Assembly: GCA_031414955.1 (NCBI GenBank)
Contig: JANOQV010000065.1
Coordinates: 1 to 64,000 of the forward strand
DNA length: 64,000 nt
From: Pedosphaera sp.
Lineage (GTDB): Bacteria; Verrucomicrobiota; Verrucomicrobiia; Limisphaerales; SIBH01
Reading direction: 5' to 3'
In this document: positions 16,731 through 27,800 of the stretch, piece by piece
Position numbering within the stretch: the stretch's first letter is position 1
How the letters are laid out: each line of letters opens with the position of its first letter
Translations under genes and position numbers: made by a program
Notes under the pieces: model-generated
Databases searched by the model: none
Seen by the model: the letters and a program-made list of their open reading frames with translations, nothing else
Told to the model about the DNA's origin: nothing

Positions 16731-18719
16731 TCACGGGACCGCGACGCGATAGAACGTCCCCGAGCCGGACGTGTTCGTGGTGAACGGGCTGGTCGGTGAG
16801 CCGGGGACGGGTATCCAGTTGGCTGGGCTGCTGAGGTTGGTGGAATGTTGCAGCGTGCCAGCCACGTTCCAGGTGATGACCACATGCCCGCCGCTGGCCG
16901 TGATGTTCAGCTTATGCGCGCTGGCATACTCCGTGATGGTGGCCGTCAATTCCAAAGCCATTTCGCAGTCGGAACTGGTGCCACCGGATTGGAACACGAC
17001 CAAGGCAATCACATTGCCGCCCGCCACGAGGTTGGTCGTGGGAAGTGGAAGCGATGCGGAGATGGGCGTTGGGTCAACGGCCGAAACCAAGGTGCGCGTG
17101 GCTGCCGAGAGAGCGCCAGCGCCGACGTTGAATCGACCGGCTTCCAGGCTGTTGAGGTAAACCACGGCGCCGTCCTCGAACACATGGCGCATCGACAGGA
17201 CTGTATTCGCAGGCTCGGCGTTGAGGTAGAAGTGGCGGCGGAAAAATTGCGGCGCGCTGTCGTTGAGCGGGTAGACGGCGGTGCGGATGGGAACGCCATT
17301 GTTGGATCCATCCCGACCCAAACCAGCCGGTCCAGTCGGCCACGGTAAATCATCGTAGCCTAGCGTTTCCCAACCCGTGCCGAAGAGGTTGGTTTCGGTG
17401 CTGAAGCTCCAGATGTTGTTCGGTCCGTCGAAGTCGATAAGGGAAATTCTCTGGTGGACCGGAAGGACGGAGGGATTCGGGTCCATGAGATTTCCGCCCG
17501 GCGAGCCGCCCGCCGTGTCGTGGATGCCGAAGAGGTGGATCGAGTGGTTGACGTCGGCGGCGTAGGCTTCGGCCATCCTGATCACGATGTTCGTGGCGTT
17601 GGTCAGCACCGCATCGGTGGTCAGGCTCTCGGAAAGGCTTGGATCTGTTCCAGACGGGAAGATCTGGAACTGAGCCGGATCGACGCTGGCCGGGTTGATC
17701 TGCTCGGAGAAGCTGACGGTCACGCTCGTCCGGGTGAAGTCACCGACCACGCGCAACGCCACCGGCGCATTCGTGTCCGGCCACACGGTCAGCATGGCCC
17801 CGGCACTCGTCTGAATTCCCGAAGAATTGGAAACGATCACACTGTATATCGCGCCATTGTCCCCTGGATAAACGACTGATGGGTTGGTGTAGCTGGCGTT
17901 GTGCGCTCCGGGAATGGGCGAGCCATCGCGCAGCCAGTGATAAGCTTGCGGCAGACCGGTGGCCGCCACAGTGAATGTGGCTGCGCTGCGCTCAGGCACC
18001 ATGATGCTGTCGGGATCGTCCGTGATGGTGATGTCTCCCGATGTCGCGCCGGTGAAGACCACGTTGTCGATGGCGAAGGCGCCCTCTGCTCCGGTGCCGT
18101 TGTTGTCGTCCAGCCAGAGGATGTACAAGTTAGCCGCGGCAGCCCACGCGCCCAAATCCAACGAGGAGCTGACGGCGGCACTCGCTGTTAATCCCGAGAA
18201 CTCCGGAATCAAAGTCCAAGAGTTCGGTGCACCAGTCTGGCTCCAATAGGCCCGTTGTCCCGGCACGTTGTCCGTCACCGGTGGGACCACGACGGAAAAA
18301 TCATAACTTACGTAGAGCAGACCGATCTCAACCCCGGATGTGTTTTGCAGCTTCGCCAGCAGAATGGCGAAAGGAACCCCGGCAGGCTGAGTAAAGAGGT
18401 AGCCGCCATTCGTGCTGTGCCGCGCGTACCGGGAGGTTCCAGACGTGGAGGCTGTGATTGGCAAAGCCGTAGCGATGCTGGCCGCGTCCAGGGTCTGCGC
18501 CCCGGCGTCCAGCTCCGCCGGAGAATTGTAGGAAGAACCTACCAAAGTGTCACGCGTGGCCCATTCCGTGGCGGGCGGCGTGTTGGAAAAGTTGATTACC
18601 GGGCTGGGGCCAAGATTCACCGCAATCTGCGCCGACAAACTCGCCGCTGTTAGTAAAAGCGCCGCCGCAGCGAGGACATGTTTCGCGAATACGGCCGCCG
18701 TAGTTGCAAAAGTCTTCAT
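16731..18719 (-). CDS. Secreted multidomain surface protein, paralog 2
   Basis: Colinear with 14210..16180, sharing blocks such as SPVINFSNTPPATEWAT, LIDFDGPNNIWSFSTETNLFGTGWE, GTFYR. Confidence 0.85.
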   Translation of the reverse strand: MKTFATTAAVFAKHVLAAAALLLTAASLSAQIAVNLGPSPVINFSNTPPATEWATRDTLVGSSYNSPAELDAGAQTLDAASIATALPITASTSGTSRYARHSTNGGYLFTQPAGVPFAILLAKLQNTSGVEIGLLYVSYDFSVVVPPVTDNVPGQRAYWSQTGAPNSWTLIPEFSGLTASAAVSSSLDLGAWAAAANLYILWLDDNNGTGAEGAFAIDNVVFTGATSGDITITDDPDSIMVPERSAATFTVAATGLPQAYHWLRDGSPIPGAHNASYTNPSVVYPGDNGAIYSVIVSNSSGIQTSAGAMLTVWPDTNAPVALRVVGDFTRTSVTVSFSEQINPASVDPAQFQIFPSGTDPSLSESLTTDAVLTNATNIVIRMAEAYAADVNHSIHLFGIHDTAGGSPGGNLMDPNPSVLPVHQRISLIDFDGPNNIWSFSTETNLFGTGWETLGYDDLPWPTGPAGLGRDGSNNGVPIRTAVYPLNDSAPQFFRRHFYLNAEPANTVLSMRHVFEDGAVVYLNSLEAGRFNVGAGALSAATRTLVSAVDPTPISASLPLPTTNLVAGGNVIALVVFQSGGTSSDCEMALELTATITEYASAHKLNITASGGHVVITWNVAGTLQHSTNLSSPANWIPVPGSPTSPFTTNTSGSGTFYRVAVP

Positions 18720-18865
18720 GGGTCAGGCGAGGTGTCCACAGTGAACCCAACCAAGCCACTGCGAGCAAGCCGAAGTTCGGTGCAAATTCCGAAAGTGCTG
18801 CTGCACTGAGGCGTCAGCTTCGAGCCGAGGTCTGAGGTGTGGCCTCGCACGAACCCGTCTTCGGC

Positions 18866-19747
18866 CTACTTCACCAGTTCAGTCCCGACGCCAGCATCCG
18901 TAAAAATCTCCAGCAGCACCGAGTGCGGCACGCGGCCATCGACGAGCGAGACCTTGTCCACACCGGAGCGGATTGCCGCCACCGCGCTGTCCATCTTGGG
19001 AATCATCCCCTTGTCGATCACACCGATGCGTTTCAGTTCCTCGATCTGGCTGGTGGTGACTTGCGTTAACAGCGTGCTCGCGTCCTTCGGATCGCGCATT
19101 AAGCCCGGCACGTCGCTCATGAAGACGAGGCGCTTGGCCACGAGCGCGATGGCCGCCTGCGCCGCCGCCACGTCCGCGTTGCAGTTGTAGATTTGTCCGC
19201 TGGCGTCGCGCGCCGTGGGGCTGATGACCGGCACAATGCCCTGCTCGATGCACTCCAACAGCGGCTTTGTGTTCACCGCTATGACTTCGCCGACGAAACC
19301 AACATCGATTTTCGCGCCGGGCTTCTCCTTGTCGTCCAGCAGCAGCTTGCGGCAGGTGAAAATGTCCGTGCCGGCAAAGCCCTGCGCCTTGCCGCCGAGC
19401 GAATTGATCGCGGCCACGATCTCGGGATTGATCTCTCGCGACAGCACTTGATCCACGACCTCCACCGTCGCCTCGTCCGTCACGCGTTGACCCTGGATGA
19501 AGTTTGCCTGCAATCCCGCCTTCTCCATCGCGCGCGTGATGGCCTTGCCGCCTCCATGCACGACCACGGGATTGATCTCCACCGCTTCGAGAAACACGAT
19601 GTCGCGCGCCACGCCCATGCGCACCGCCGGGTCCGGCGAATCCATGAACGAGCCGCCGTACTTCACGACGAACGTCTCGCCGCTAAAACGCTGAATGTAC
19701 GGCAGCGCTTCGAGCAGGGTAGCGGCTTTGGCGATGAGGTCTTGCAC
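18866..19747 (-). CDS. argB: Acetylglutamate kinase
   Basis: GTG start VQDLIAKA..LLEALPYI, VVKYGGS, VVHGGGKAI, NADVAA, GMIPKM, LLEIFTDAGVGT. Confidence 0.95.
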   Translation of the reverse strand: MQDLIAKAATLLEALPYIQRFSGETFVVKYGGSFMDSPDPAVRMGVARDIVFLEAVEINPVVVHGGGKAITRAMEKAGLQANFIQGQRVTDEATVEVVDQVLSREINPEIVAAINSLGGKAQGFAGTDIFTCRKLLLDDKEKPGAKIDVGFVGEVIAVNTKPLLECIEQGIVPVISPTARDASGQIYNCNADVAAAQAAIALVAKRLVFMSDVPGLMRDPKDASTLLTQVTTSQIEELKRIGVIDKGMIPKMDSAVAAIRSGVDKVSLVDGRVPHSVLLEIFTDAGVGTELVK

Positions 19748-19849
19748 GCGGGCGATGAAAGCGGGCGGTGCCGTTGGACGCAATCCCCATTGTCTCAAGA
19801 CACCGAAGGCAATCTTGTCAAAGCCCGCGCCGGCTGGGACAGTTCCGGC

Positions 19850-20425
19850 ATGACAGAAGTGGAAAAGCCACAATTCCTCACGGTCGAGGAATACCTCGAA
19901 GGCGAGCAACAGAGCGACGTGCGCCACGAGTACATCGGCGGGCTGGTGTACGCGATGGCGGGAACAAGCGATGAGCATAATTTCATCGTCGGCAACCTGC
20001 TTGCCGCGCTGCACGCCCACCTGCGCGGAAAATCCTGCCGCCTCTTCATGCTGGACGCCAAGGTGCGGTTGCAAACGAATGCAGACGACATTCTTTACTA
20101 CCCCGACCTGATGGTGGCTTGCGACCCGCGCGACACTGATCGGTTCTTCAAACGTTTTCCACGCGTGCTGGTGGAAGTGCTCTCGGAATCAACTGAGCGG
20201 ATTGACCGGCGGGAGAAGTTTCTCAGCTACACGCAAATCGAGACACTGGAGGAATACATCCTTGTGGCGCAGGACAAGATGGAGGTCACGCTGTTTCGCC
20301 GGGCCAATCGTTGGCAGCCAGAGATACTGAATGCCGCAACTCAGTCGCTCGCGCTGGCCTCGATTGATTTCTCAATTCTCCTGCCGGCGATTTACGAAGG
20401 CGTCCAATTTGCGGGGCGCGGCTGA
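19850..20425 (+). CDS. Uma2-family (DUF820) endonuclease-fold protein
   Basis: LTVEEYLEGE...RHEYIGG..YAMAG, YYPDLMV, VEVLSESTERIDRREK, EYILVAQD. Confidence 0.9.
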   Translation: MTEVEKPQFLTVEEYLEGEQQSDVRHEYIGGLVYAMAGTSDEHNFIVGNLLAALHAHLRGKSCRLFMLDAKVRLQTNADDILYYPDLMVACDPRDTDRFFKRFPRVLVEVLSESTERIDRREKFLSYTQIETLEEYILVAQDKMEVTLFRRANRWQPEILNAATQSLALASIDFSILLPAIYEGVQFAGRG

Positions 20426-20444
20426 GAGCGGGGCAGCCGCGCTC

Positions 20445-21770
20445 TCATCCCCCCAGCGTCGTCGGGTCAGTCACGTCGCCCTTGTTGAACTCCACGTATT
20501 CTTCCGTGAGGTCGGAGGCGTACATTAGCGCGCTGGATTTCCCGAGATTCAGGTTGATGTGCAGGTCAAACTCCTTCGGCGCGGTGGCGGCGCAGAGTTG
20601 TTTGAAGGTGGCTTTCGTCGGTTGACCGCGTTTCAAACTCCACAAAACTTTGGCTGATCCAGGCGCGCTGTAGCCGATGTCCACCTTCTCCTCGACGATC
20701 TTCGCGGGCGAATAGCCAAGCGCGTCGATGATCCGGCCCCAGTTCGGATCACCACCGAACCAGCTCGTTTTCACCAGCGCGCTGTTGGCCACGGCGCGGG
20801 CGGCGGCATCGGCGTCGGCGACGTTGCGGGCGCCGTGGACGCGCACGGTCACGAAGCGGGTCACGCCTTCGCCGTCGCGCACGATCTTCTTGGCGAGTTC
20901 GAGACAGACGTGATTGAGGGCGGCCTGGAAAACGCGGAGCGCGGAGTGCGGAGCGCGGAGCAAGGAATTGCCCGCGAGTCCGTTCGCCAGCACGAGCACG
21001 GTGTCGTTGGTGCTCATGTCGCCATCGACGGTGATGCGGTTGAAGCTCTGGGCGACGGCGGTTTCGAGCGCGGCTTGCAGCGGCTTGGCTTCAATCGCGG
21101 CGTCGGTGGTGATGAAGCAGAGCATGGTCGCGTGCAGCGCGCGGGCGGCGGGGCGTGCGCCGGTGGCGCTCATGCCGGGCTGAATCATGCCCGCGCCCTT
21201 GCACACGCCGCCCATGCGGACAGTTTTGCCGCCGAGCTCGAACTCAATCGCGACCTGCTTGGGATGCGTGTCGCTGGTCATGATCGCTTCCGCGACGTGA
21301 TCCGAACTGGCGTTGCTGGCGTTGACGAGTTGCGAGGCGGCCACGATGCCGCGCCGCACGTTGGCCATCGGCATGATCACGCCGATGCGCCCGGTGGAGC
21401 CGACGAAGACTTCCTGTTCACGCAGTCCAAATTGCTCCGCCACGAGCGCTGTCATCGCTCGCGCGTCGGCCATGCCCTGCTTGCCCGTGCAGGCGTTGGC
21501 GTTGCCGGAATTGATGACCACGGCGCGGGCTACGCCACGCTTCACGCGCTCGGCACAGACTTTCACCGGCGCGGCGCAAATCTGATTGGTGGTGAACATG
21601 CCGGCGACCGTGGCCGGCACTTCCGACACGATCAGCGCGAGATCACGCTTCGGCCCCTTGTTCGATCCCTTGCCGGTCCCGAGGCGCTTGATGTCGCAGA
21701 ACACCCCGCTGGAGACAAACCCGCGCGGCGCGACGATGGAGCCGGACACTTCACTGAACTTCAATTTCAT
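20445..21770 (-). CDS. argJ: Ornithine acetyltransferase / N-acetylglutamate synthase
   Basis: FTTN..AAPV, NSGNANACTG, STGRIG, KGAGMI.P, HATML (autocleavage Thr), DGDMSTNDT, DGEG, DPNWGRI. Confidence 0.96.
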   Translation of the reverse strand: MKLKFSEVSGSIVAPRGFVSSGVFCDIKRLGTGKGSNKGPKRDLALIVSEVPATVAGMFTTNQICAAPVKVCAERVKRGVARAVVINSGNANACTGKQGMADARAMTALVAEQFGLREQEVFVGSTGRIGVIMPMANVRRGIVAASQLVNASNASSDHVAEAIMTSDTHPKQVAIEFELGGKTVRMGGVCKGAGMIQPGMSATGARPAARALHATMLCFITTDAAIEAKPLQAALETAVAQSFNRITVDGDMSTNDTVLVLANGLAGNSLLRAPHSALRVFQAALNHVCLELAKKIVRDGEGVTRFVTVRVHGARNVADADAAARAVANSALVKTSWFGGDPNWGRIIDALGYSPAKIVEEKVDIGYSAPGSAKVLWSLKRGQPTKATFKQLCAATAPKEFDLHINLNLGKSSALMYASDLTEEYVEFNKGDVTDPTTLGG

Positions 21771-21814
21771 TTGGGCGCGCAGTGTAGGAAGGCACGCCCG
21801 CAACGCAAGATCGC

Positions 21815-24800
21815 TCAAGGCCCGTCCGCCGCGCGCGCGCGGTAGAAGCGCGCGGGGTCATTGGTCGAGATGCTTTGCAGGAACTGGAACACGCCGTTGC
21901 CGTCGGTAGTGTTGGTGCTCACGGGCGTCCAAATCACGGGCGGGAACAGATTGGTCGCAGCTTCGAGGATGAAGTTCCAGCCGGGCACGCCTTGACCAGC
22001 AAGCGCAATCACGTCGCCGCCAGGTTGCGGCGTGACGGAGGTGAGGTCCATCAGGCTGTTGACCCGCGTAAGCACCACGTCGTTGCCGTCGCCGCCGGCG
22101 TAGGTGATGGCGAAGACGACGCCCTGGTTCGTGAGCAGCGCGCCTTCGGACAAGGCGGCAAAAGTGTTGAGGATGGAATTGATGCCGGTGTTGTCGATGA
22201 TGCGGTGGGCCGTGCCCGGCGGCGGATTGTAGCCGAGGTTCACCTGTAACCGGGCGTTGTTCAGGTTGACGGGCAGGTTGGTCGGAGCAATCCGGAACTG
22301 GTCATGGCCCGTGCCCGGCGTGCCGCCGAGAAGGTCCACCTCCACGGTGACGTTGGAAGTCAGGAGCAATCGGCCGGCCTCCAGCAACGCCGCCAGGCCG
22401 GGATGATTTCCCGCCCCGAGCCGCATGGCCATGGTCGGAGGGGAGTGCGTGATCGGACCGACTTTTCCCGCGCCGTGAAAAGTTCCCGCCCGCAGAACGA
22501 TTTGGAGGCCGGGACAATTTCCATTCAGCGAGGCGGGCCCATCAGTGAGTTGAAAAATCGCCGAGCCGGTTCCGCCACCACCCAGTTCCAAAAGTCCCGG
22601 GCCGTTTTTCGCCACGGAGGGCGTGCCGGCGAGCGTCTGCCAGCCGCCGGACAAACTCAGCACGGCATTCGAGGAAGCCACGGCCAGGGTGGGAGACGAC
22701 GCGTTCAGCGACCAGCGCAAGAGCACGCGGTTCGTGCCGGCGGGCTGGCTGGATTGAATGTCCGGCAGCCGGAGCGTCGCTCCGTCGAGGGTGTAACCGT
22801 CCGCGGTAAACGTGAACTGGCCAAACAGAGTGTTCGACGGAAAGTCATTCAGCATGAGGCGCTGGGCGACGGCGGGGAACAGCAGGGAATTGCCCGGCGC
22901 GGCGACGTGGCCATCCTGCCAGTTGGCGGGGTTGCTCCAGAGTTGGTCGGCACCGGCACCGGTCCAGACATTGGTGGCGGCCAGGCGCGTCAGGGTGACA
23001 TCTTCGCCGGTTCCGCCCAGATAGCTGATTCGAAACGTGCCGTGGGTGGTTTCGAGCAACTCGCCCTCCGGGAAGTTGAGAAAACTTCCGACGACGGTGG
23101 CACCAGGAGCATTGGAGCGGAGAATGGATTGCACCGTGCCCACGGGCAGGTTGGTGCTCAACGCCCAATCCAGGCCGGCCCCGCCCAGCGAGGCCACGCC
23201 CCGGACGAAGACCAAGTCGTTCCCGTTCGTGGAAGACTCGATGCGCAACGTGGTCACGGCCGGAGGCGGATCGAAGGTCAGATTGGTGACGGTGAGAGTG
23301 CCGATGGCCGAGCCTCCGGGCAGATCGCTGCCGGGCGAAATGGTGCCCGAATGAACGCGCACCTCGCCCACCACGGCCGTCCCCGCCAGGGTCGCGCCAC
23401 CGTTGATCTCGACCAGGGGGCTGGTGGTGGAACCGTTGAGGCGGAGCGTGCCAGCGTTAACGAGGGTCGGGCCGGTGTGGCGCGCGTCGAGCAGGGACAG
23501 GACGCCGGGACCATTCTTGGTGAGGGTGCCGATACCGCCACTCAAATAGATTTCAAGCCGGCTGGCGTTGTCGCAAGTAAGGTCGAACCCCTCTCCGTTC
23601 ACACTGCCCCCCATCTGGAGGAACGCCGCCGGGGAGGGGACGACGAAGTGCGCCGGTCCCAGCAGAGTGATGGGCATGAGGAGAAGATTGGTGCCGGAAG
23701 CCGCCGCGTTGGTGATGGCAGCCAGCAGCGCCAGGGTGTCGCCGTGCAAGTTGAAGCCGTTGGTTTCAAATCGAAGCGATCCGGCGATGCGGCCGTGCGG
23801 GAAATCGTTGGTGCTGGTCAGACGCGCGGCCCCGGCGGGAAAGACCAGATCGTCGCCGACCTGCGGAATGCCGTGGCCCTGCCAGTTGGTCGGGTTGCTC
23901 CAAAGTCCGTTGGTTCCCTCGCCCGTCCAGACGCGGGTCACGGGCGGCAGCGGATTGGCCGGCACGGCGGTGAGTTCCAGATCGAAGCTGATGTCGCTGC
24001 TCTCGGGAAGGGTTTGATGAATTTCCACCGCCAGGACGTTGGAGCCCGGAACCAGGTTGGTGCTGGAAACCAGACCCCATATTGGCTCGGGCCCCGTCAG
24101 TCCTTCCGGCGCCGCGACCGGCGCGAGGGTGGTGAAACTCACCGGCCCAGCCGGCAGGTTGTCGCGGAACAACTCGACGCCGTTCAGATGGACCCGCACC
24201 CCGTCGTCGCGCACGATCCACAGAATCAGGCGTTCGACCGTCTCGGGATCCGTCACCTGAAAGGACCGGCGGAAATACGTGGTGATATATTTGTTGCCCG
24301 CATCGGGGCCAAAGCTGACCACCGTGGCTTCATCTCCCTCGCCGTAACCCAGCTCGGCCACGCCGTTGGACCACGAACTGTCATCGAACGCCGGGGCGCT
24401 CCAGGCCGTGCCCTGGTCGCTGCCATCGTCGAGATACTTCCAACTCGATCCAGACGGCACCAGGGTGATGAACGGCATGAGCGGAATCACGATGACCTCG
24501 ATCGAGCCATCCACCAACAAGTTGTTCCTCCACATCAGACCAGGCGCGAGTGGCGGCAACACAAGGCTGCTGAATGCGCCGTTGTAATTCGTCGCGCCGA
24601 ACACCTTGAACGAATCGCCGACGGCCAGCGCACCGTCGAGGTTCGTCACGACCAGCGTACCGCCGTAACTCAGGTTCGAGACGCCCGCCACGCAGTCATT
24701 GGTGCCGAGGGCCTGGTTCAACTCGAAGAGGTTGCTGCTGCTGGCCAGGAGGCGGAGATCACCGCTGATGGTCAGCCGACCGATGGAGGCGCCCGGGGCC

Positions 24801-27800
24801 AGCACCCCCGCGTTGGTCACATTCCCCAGCACCGTGCCGTTGCCTTGAAGCCGCGCGCGGAACGGCAACCACAGACCGTCCGCAAACTGATGCGTTCCTG
24901 CGCCGGTCAATTCCAGCACCGGGCCGCCAAACCCGAGGGAGAAATCGGAGTCCGCCGCGACGACGGTGCTCCGGGTCTGCAAGGTGCCGCTGACGAAGGA
25001 GAGGCGGCTCTGGCTTCCGTTGGTCAGCAACAGACGATCGGTCTGGACGAGACCGCCGTCCAGACGGAGCACGCCCGCGCCGTTTTTACCGACGATCAAC
25101 TGGGCGCTTCGCGCCGCGTTGGTCACGATCAGACTGCCGCCGACGACCCAGGCCGTGTTGTTGTTGGCACCGGCATTCGCGCCCACCACGGCCTGGGTGG
25201 AAACCACGAGGCCGTTGTTGGAAATCATCAGCGTGCTGCCGGAGCCGCCGAGGCCCACGTTAAGACTCCTGGAACTGGTCAACCGAGACCCCGTCCCACC
25301 AACCATCAAGGTGCTGTTGCTGGCGGAGCCATCAAGTCCGATGACGGTGTGGAAGTTGGTCGCCACCGCGCCGGCTTCGATGAACATCTGGTTGCTGATA
25401 CTCCGGTTGCCCACGTACAGGAAGCCGCCGAACAGGCCCGACCCCGCGCCATGCAGCGTCAGCAAGTTGTTGGAGCTGCTTCCGCCAACCGTCATGGAAC
25501 CTGTGTAGAAGACACGGCCGCCGTTGGTGATGCTCAGCCGGTTGGCGCTGCCGCTGCCGCCCACCGCCAGACTGATCGCGACATTGCTCCAGACCGTTCC
25601 CGCTCCGTCCACCACCACCACTCCGCGCCGGCCTGGAAACGACCCGAGACTGATATTGTCAACCGGACCCACCACTGTGGTGTTGGTCCCGCCCCGCATG
25701 GCCCAGGTGAAGATTTGGCCGGCGGTTTCGCCGATCTGGAGGCCGTAAGGATTTGGTTCCTTCAAAATAGAGGTTCCATGAAGCGTGGTGAGATCGCCGT
25801 GACCAAGGTTCAAGGTTGAGTTGGTGAAGCCGGGCCCGTTGTTGGTGGCGATCAACTGATCGACGACCACGGAACCGCCGCTCAGGTTGTAGGCACCGCT
25901 GCCGTCTTGTCCGACCACCATCAAGGCCGTGCCCGCGACATTCGTCACGATTAACGAGCCGGTGGGGTGAGCCACCTTGGCCGCCGCACCCGCGTCGCGC
26001 CCGACGATGTAGCTGTTGGTCAGCGTCCAGGAAGCCACACCGATGTTCTGCGTGACGATGCCGCTCGCGGCGTTGAACCAGGCGTCGGCCGCGTTCGCCG
26101 GAGCCAGCCAGTCCACCGGGTAGCTGGCCGCGTTGGTGAAAATGGCGTGATCAATCGCGGTTGGCGCCAGGCCGTCGAGCCAGTTGGCGGCCACGCCATA
26201 GGTCCCGCCCAGGGCGTTGGTCCAATGGTGATCGCTGGGCAGCACGGTCAGGATTTCAATCGAACCGTCGAATAGCAGCTTGTTGGTCCAGGCCAAATCG
26301 GGAGGAAGTGGCGGCAGGTGCAGGTTCACGAACGAGCCGGCGTAAGTGCCGGCGGTGAACAATTTGAAGGTGTCCCCGACGGCCAGGGTGCCCGCGAGGT
26401 TCGTCACCACCAGCGTGCCGGAGTAAGTGAGATTGCTCGCCACTACGATGCTGTCGTTGGTCCCAAGCGCCTTGTTCAATTCAAACAGGTTGCTGGTGAA
26501 AGTGCCCATGATCATCGTCAGGTTGCCGTCGATGGTGATCCGGCCGAGGGACGCGCCCGGCGAGAGGTGGCCGCCCTGAATGGAAGCATTGCCGCGCAGA
26601 GTACCGTTGCCCTTGAGCAGTCCCGTGCGCCGGACTGTGAGGTTGTTGGCAAACAGGTGCGTGTTGTTGCCCAGCAGTTCCAAGGTCGCGACGGCGGACG
26701 GGCCGGCGCTCAGGCCGACGAAGAACGCGGTGCCGTTGCTGCACACCGTGGCGCGCACCTGCACGAGACCGGCGGTGAAGTTGAACCCGCTCTGCGCTCC
26801 ATTCGTGAGCCACAATTCGTCCGCAAGCAGCAGGCCGGAGTTGATGGTGTTCGTCCCGCGCCGCACTTCAAGCACGCCCGTGCCAAAGGCGTTCGTGACG
26901 ATGAGATTGCCGCCGGTCACCAGGACGCTGTTGTTCGACGAGGTCGCGGTCGAACCGATCAGGAGGTTCGTGGCCACCATCGTGCCGCTGTTGCTCACGA
27001 TTAACTGGTTGAACGGGCCGAACGCGCCGACCTCAACCACTTCGCTGTTGAGCCACACCGTTCCCGGGTCCGTGACGGTCACCACATTGTTGGAACTGGT
27101 GGTTCCGGTGGAAAGCCCCAAGCTTTTGGTTTGCATCGCCGCACCGTTCCTCACCGTCACCTCGCTGAAAGCAGCTCTTCCATTCACCTGGATCCGGCTG
27201 AACGGGCTATAAAAAATGGAGTTGGTGTCGGTGACCATGACCTGGCTGGAAGCTCCGGCGGCAATTCCTCCGAGATTGAACGGCTGGATGGCCAGGTTGC
27301 GCAAGGTGCCGCCGTTGGTGATGAGCAATTGATTGCCCCGGCCGAAAGCGCCGATGGTGAAGCTGCCCGTGTTCGTCCAAACCGACCCGGCCCCGGTGAT
27401 GATCGCGAGATTACTCGAGCCAGTGCTGGCGCCAGAGCTGGCAATACTCGCCGAGCCGGAAGTCAAAATGCCTCCGTTGGTGATGATCAATCGATTGAAG
27501 CCGCCTTCTCCTCCCACGTTCATAGACTGTTGCACGCTCCACGAGGAGCCAGTCCCGGAAACCAGCGCGAGATTACTGGCGGCAGCAGACTCCTGACCCA
27601 GGATCGTGATCCGGCTCGTCATCAAGCCGCCATCGGTGACCAGCAACTGATTGAAGGCGCTGTTGGAGCCGATGAGCGTCAGCGGGTGATCCACGAGGAA
27701 GGGCGTGCCCGCCCGCACCTCCAGCGTGGCCGGGTTGGGGCCAGACCCGCCGATGACCGCGCTGCTGCCATTGCTCCAGACGCCGCCATAGGTCACGAGC

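Larger units (their letters stand above)
13900..18790. repeat. ~2.4-kb direct tandem duplication (asd 3' end + surface-protein gene + upstream region): 13900-16255 and 16421-18790
   Basis: Both units begin gtgcgcgtgccggt and end near gcaagccgaagttcggtgcaaatt. Confidence 0.93.

Noticed and set aside
22304..25819. 1171-aa + strand ORF (also 4970..7168, 50548..52824, 52891..54831)
   Set aside because: Antisense shadows of real genes, expected in high-GC DNA.
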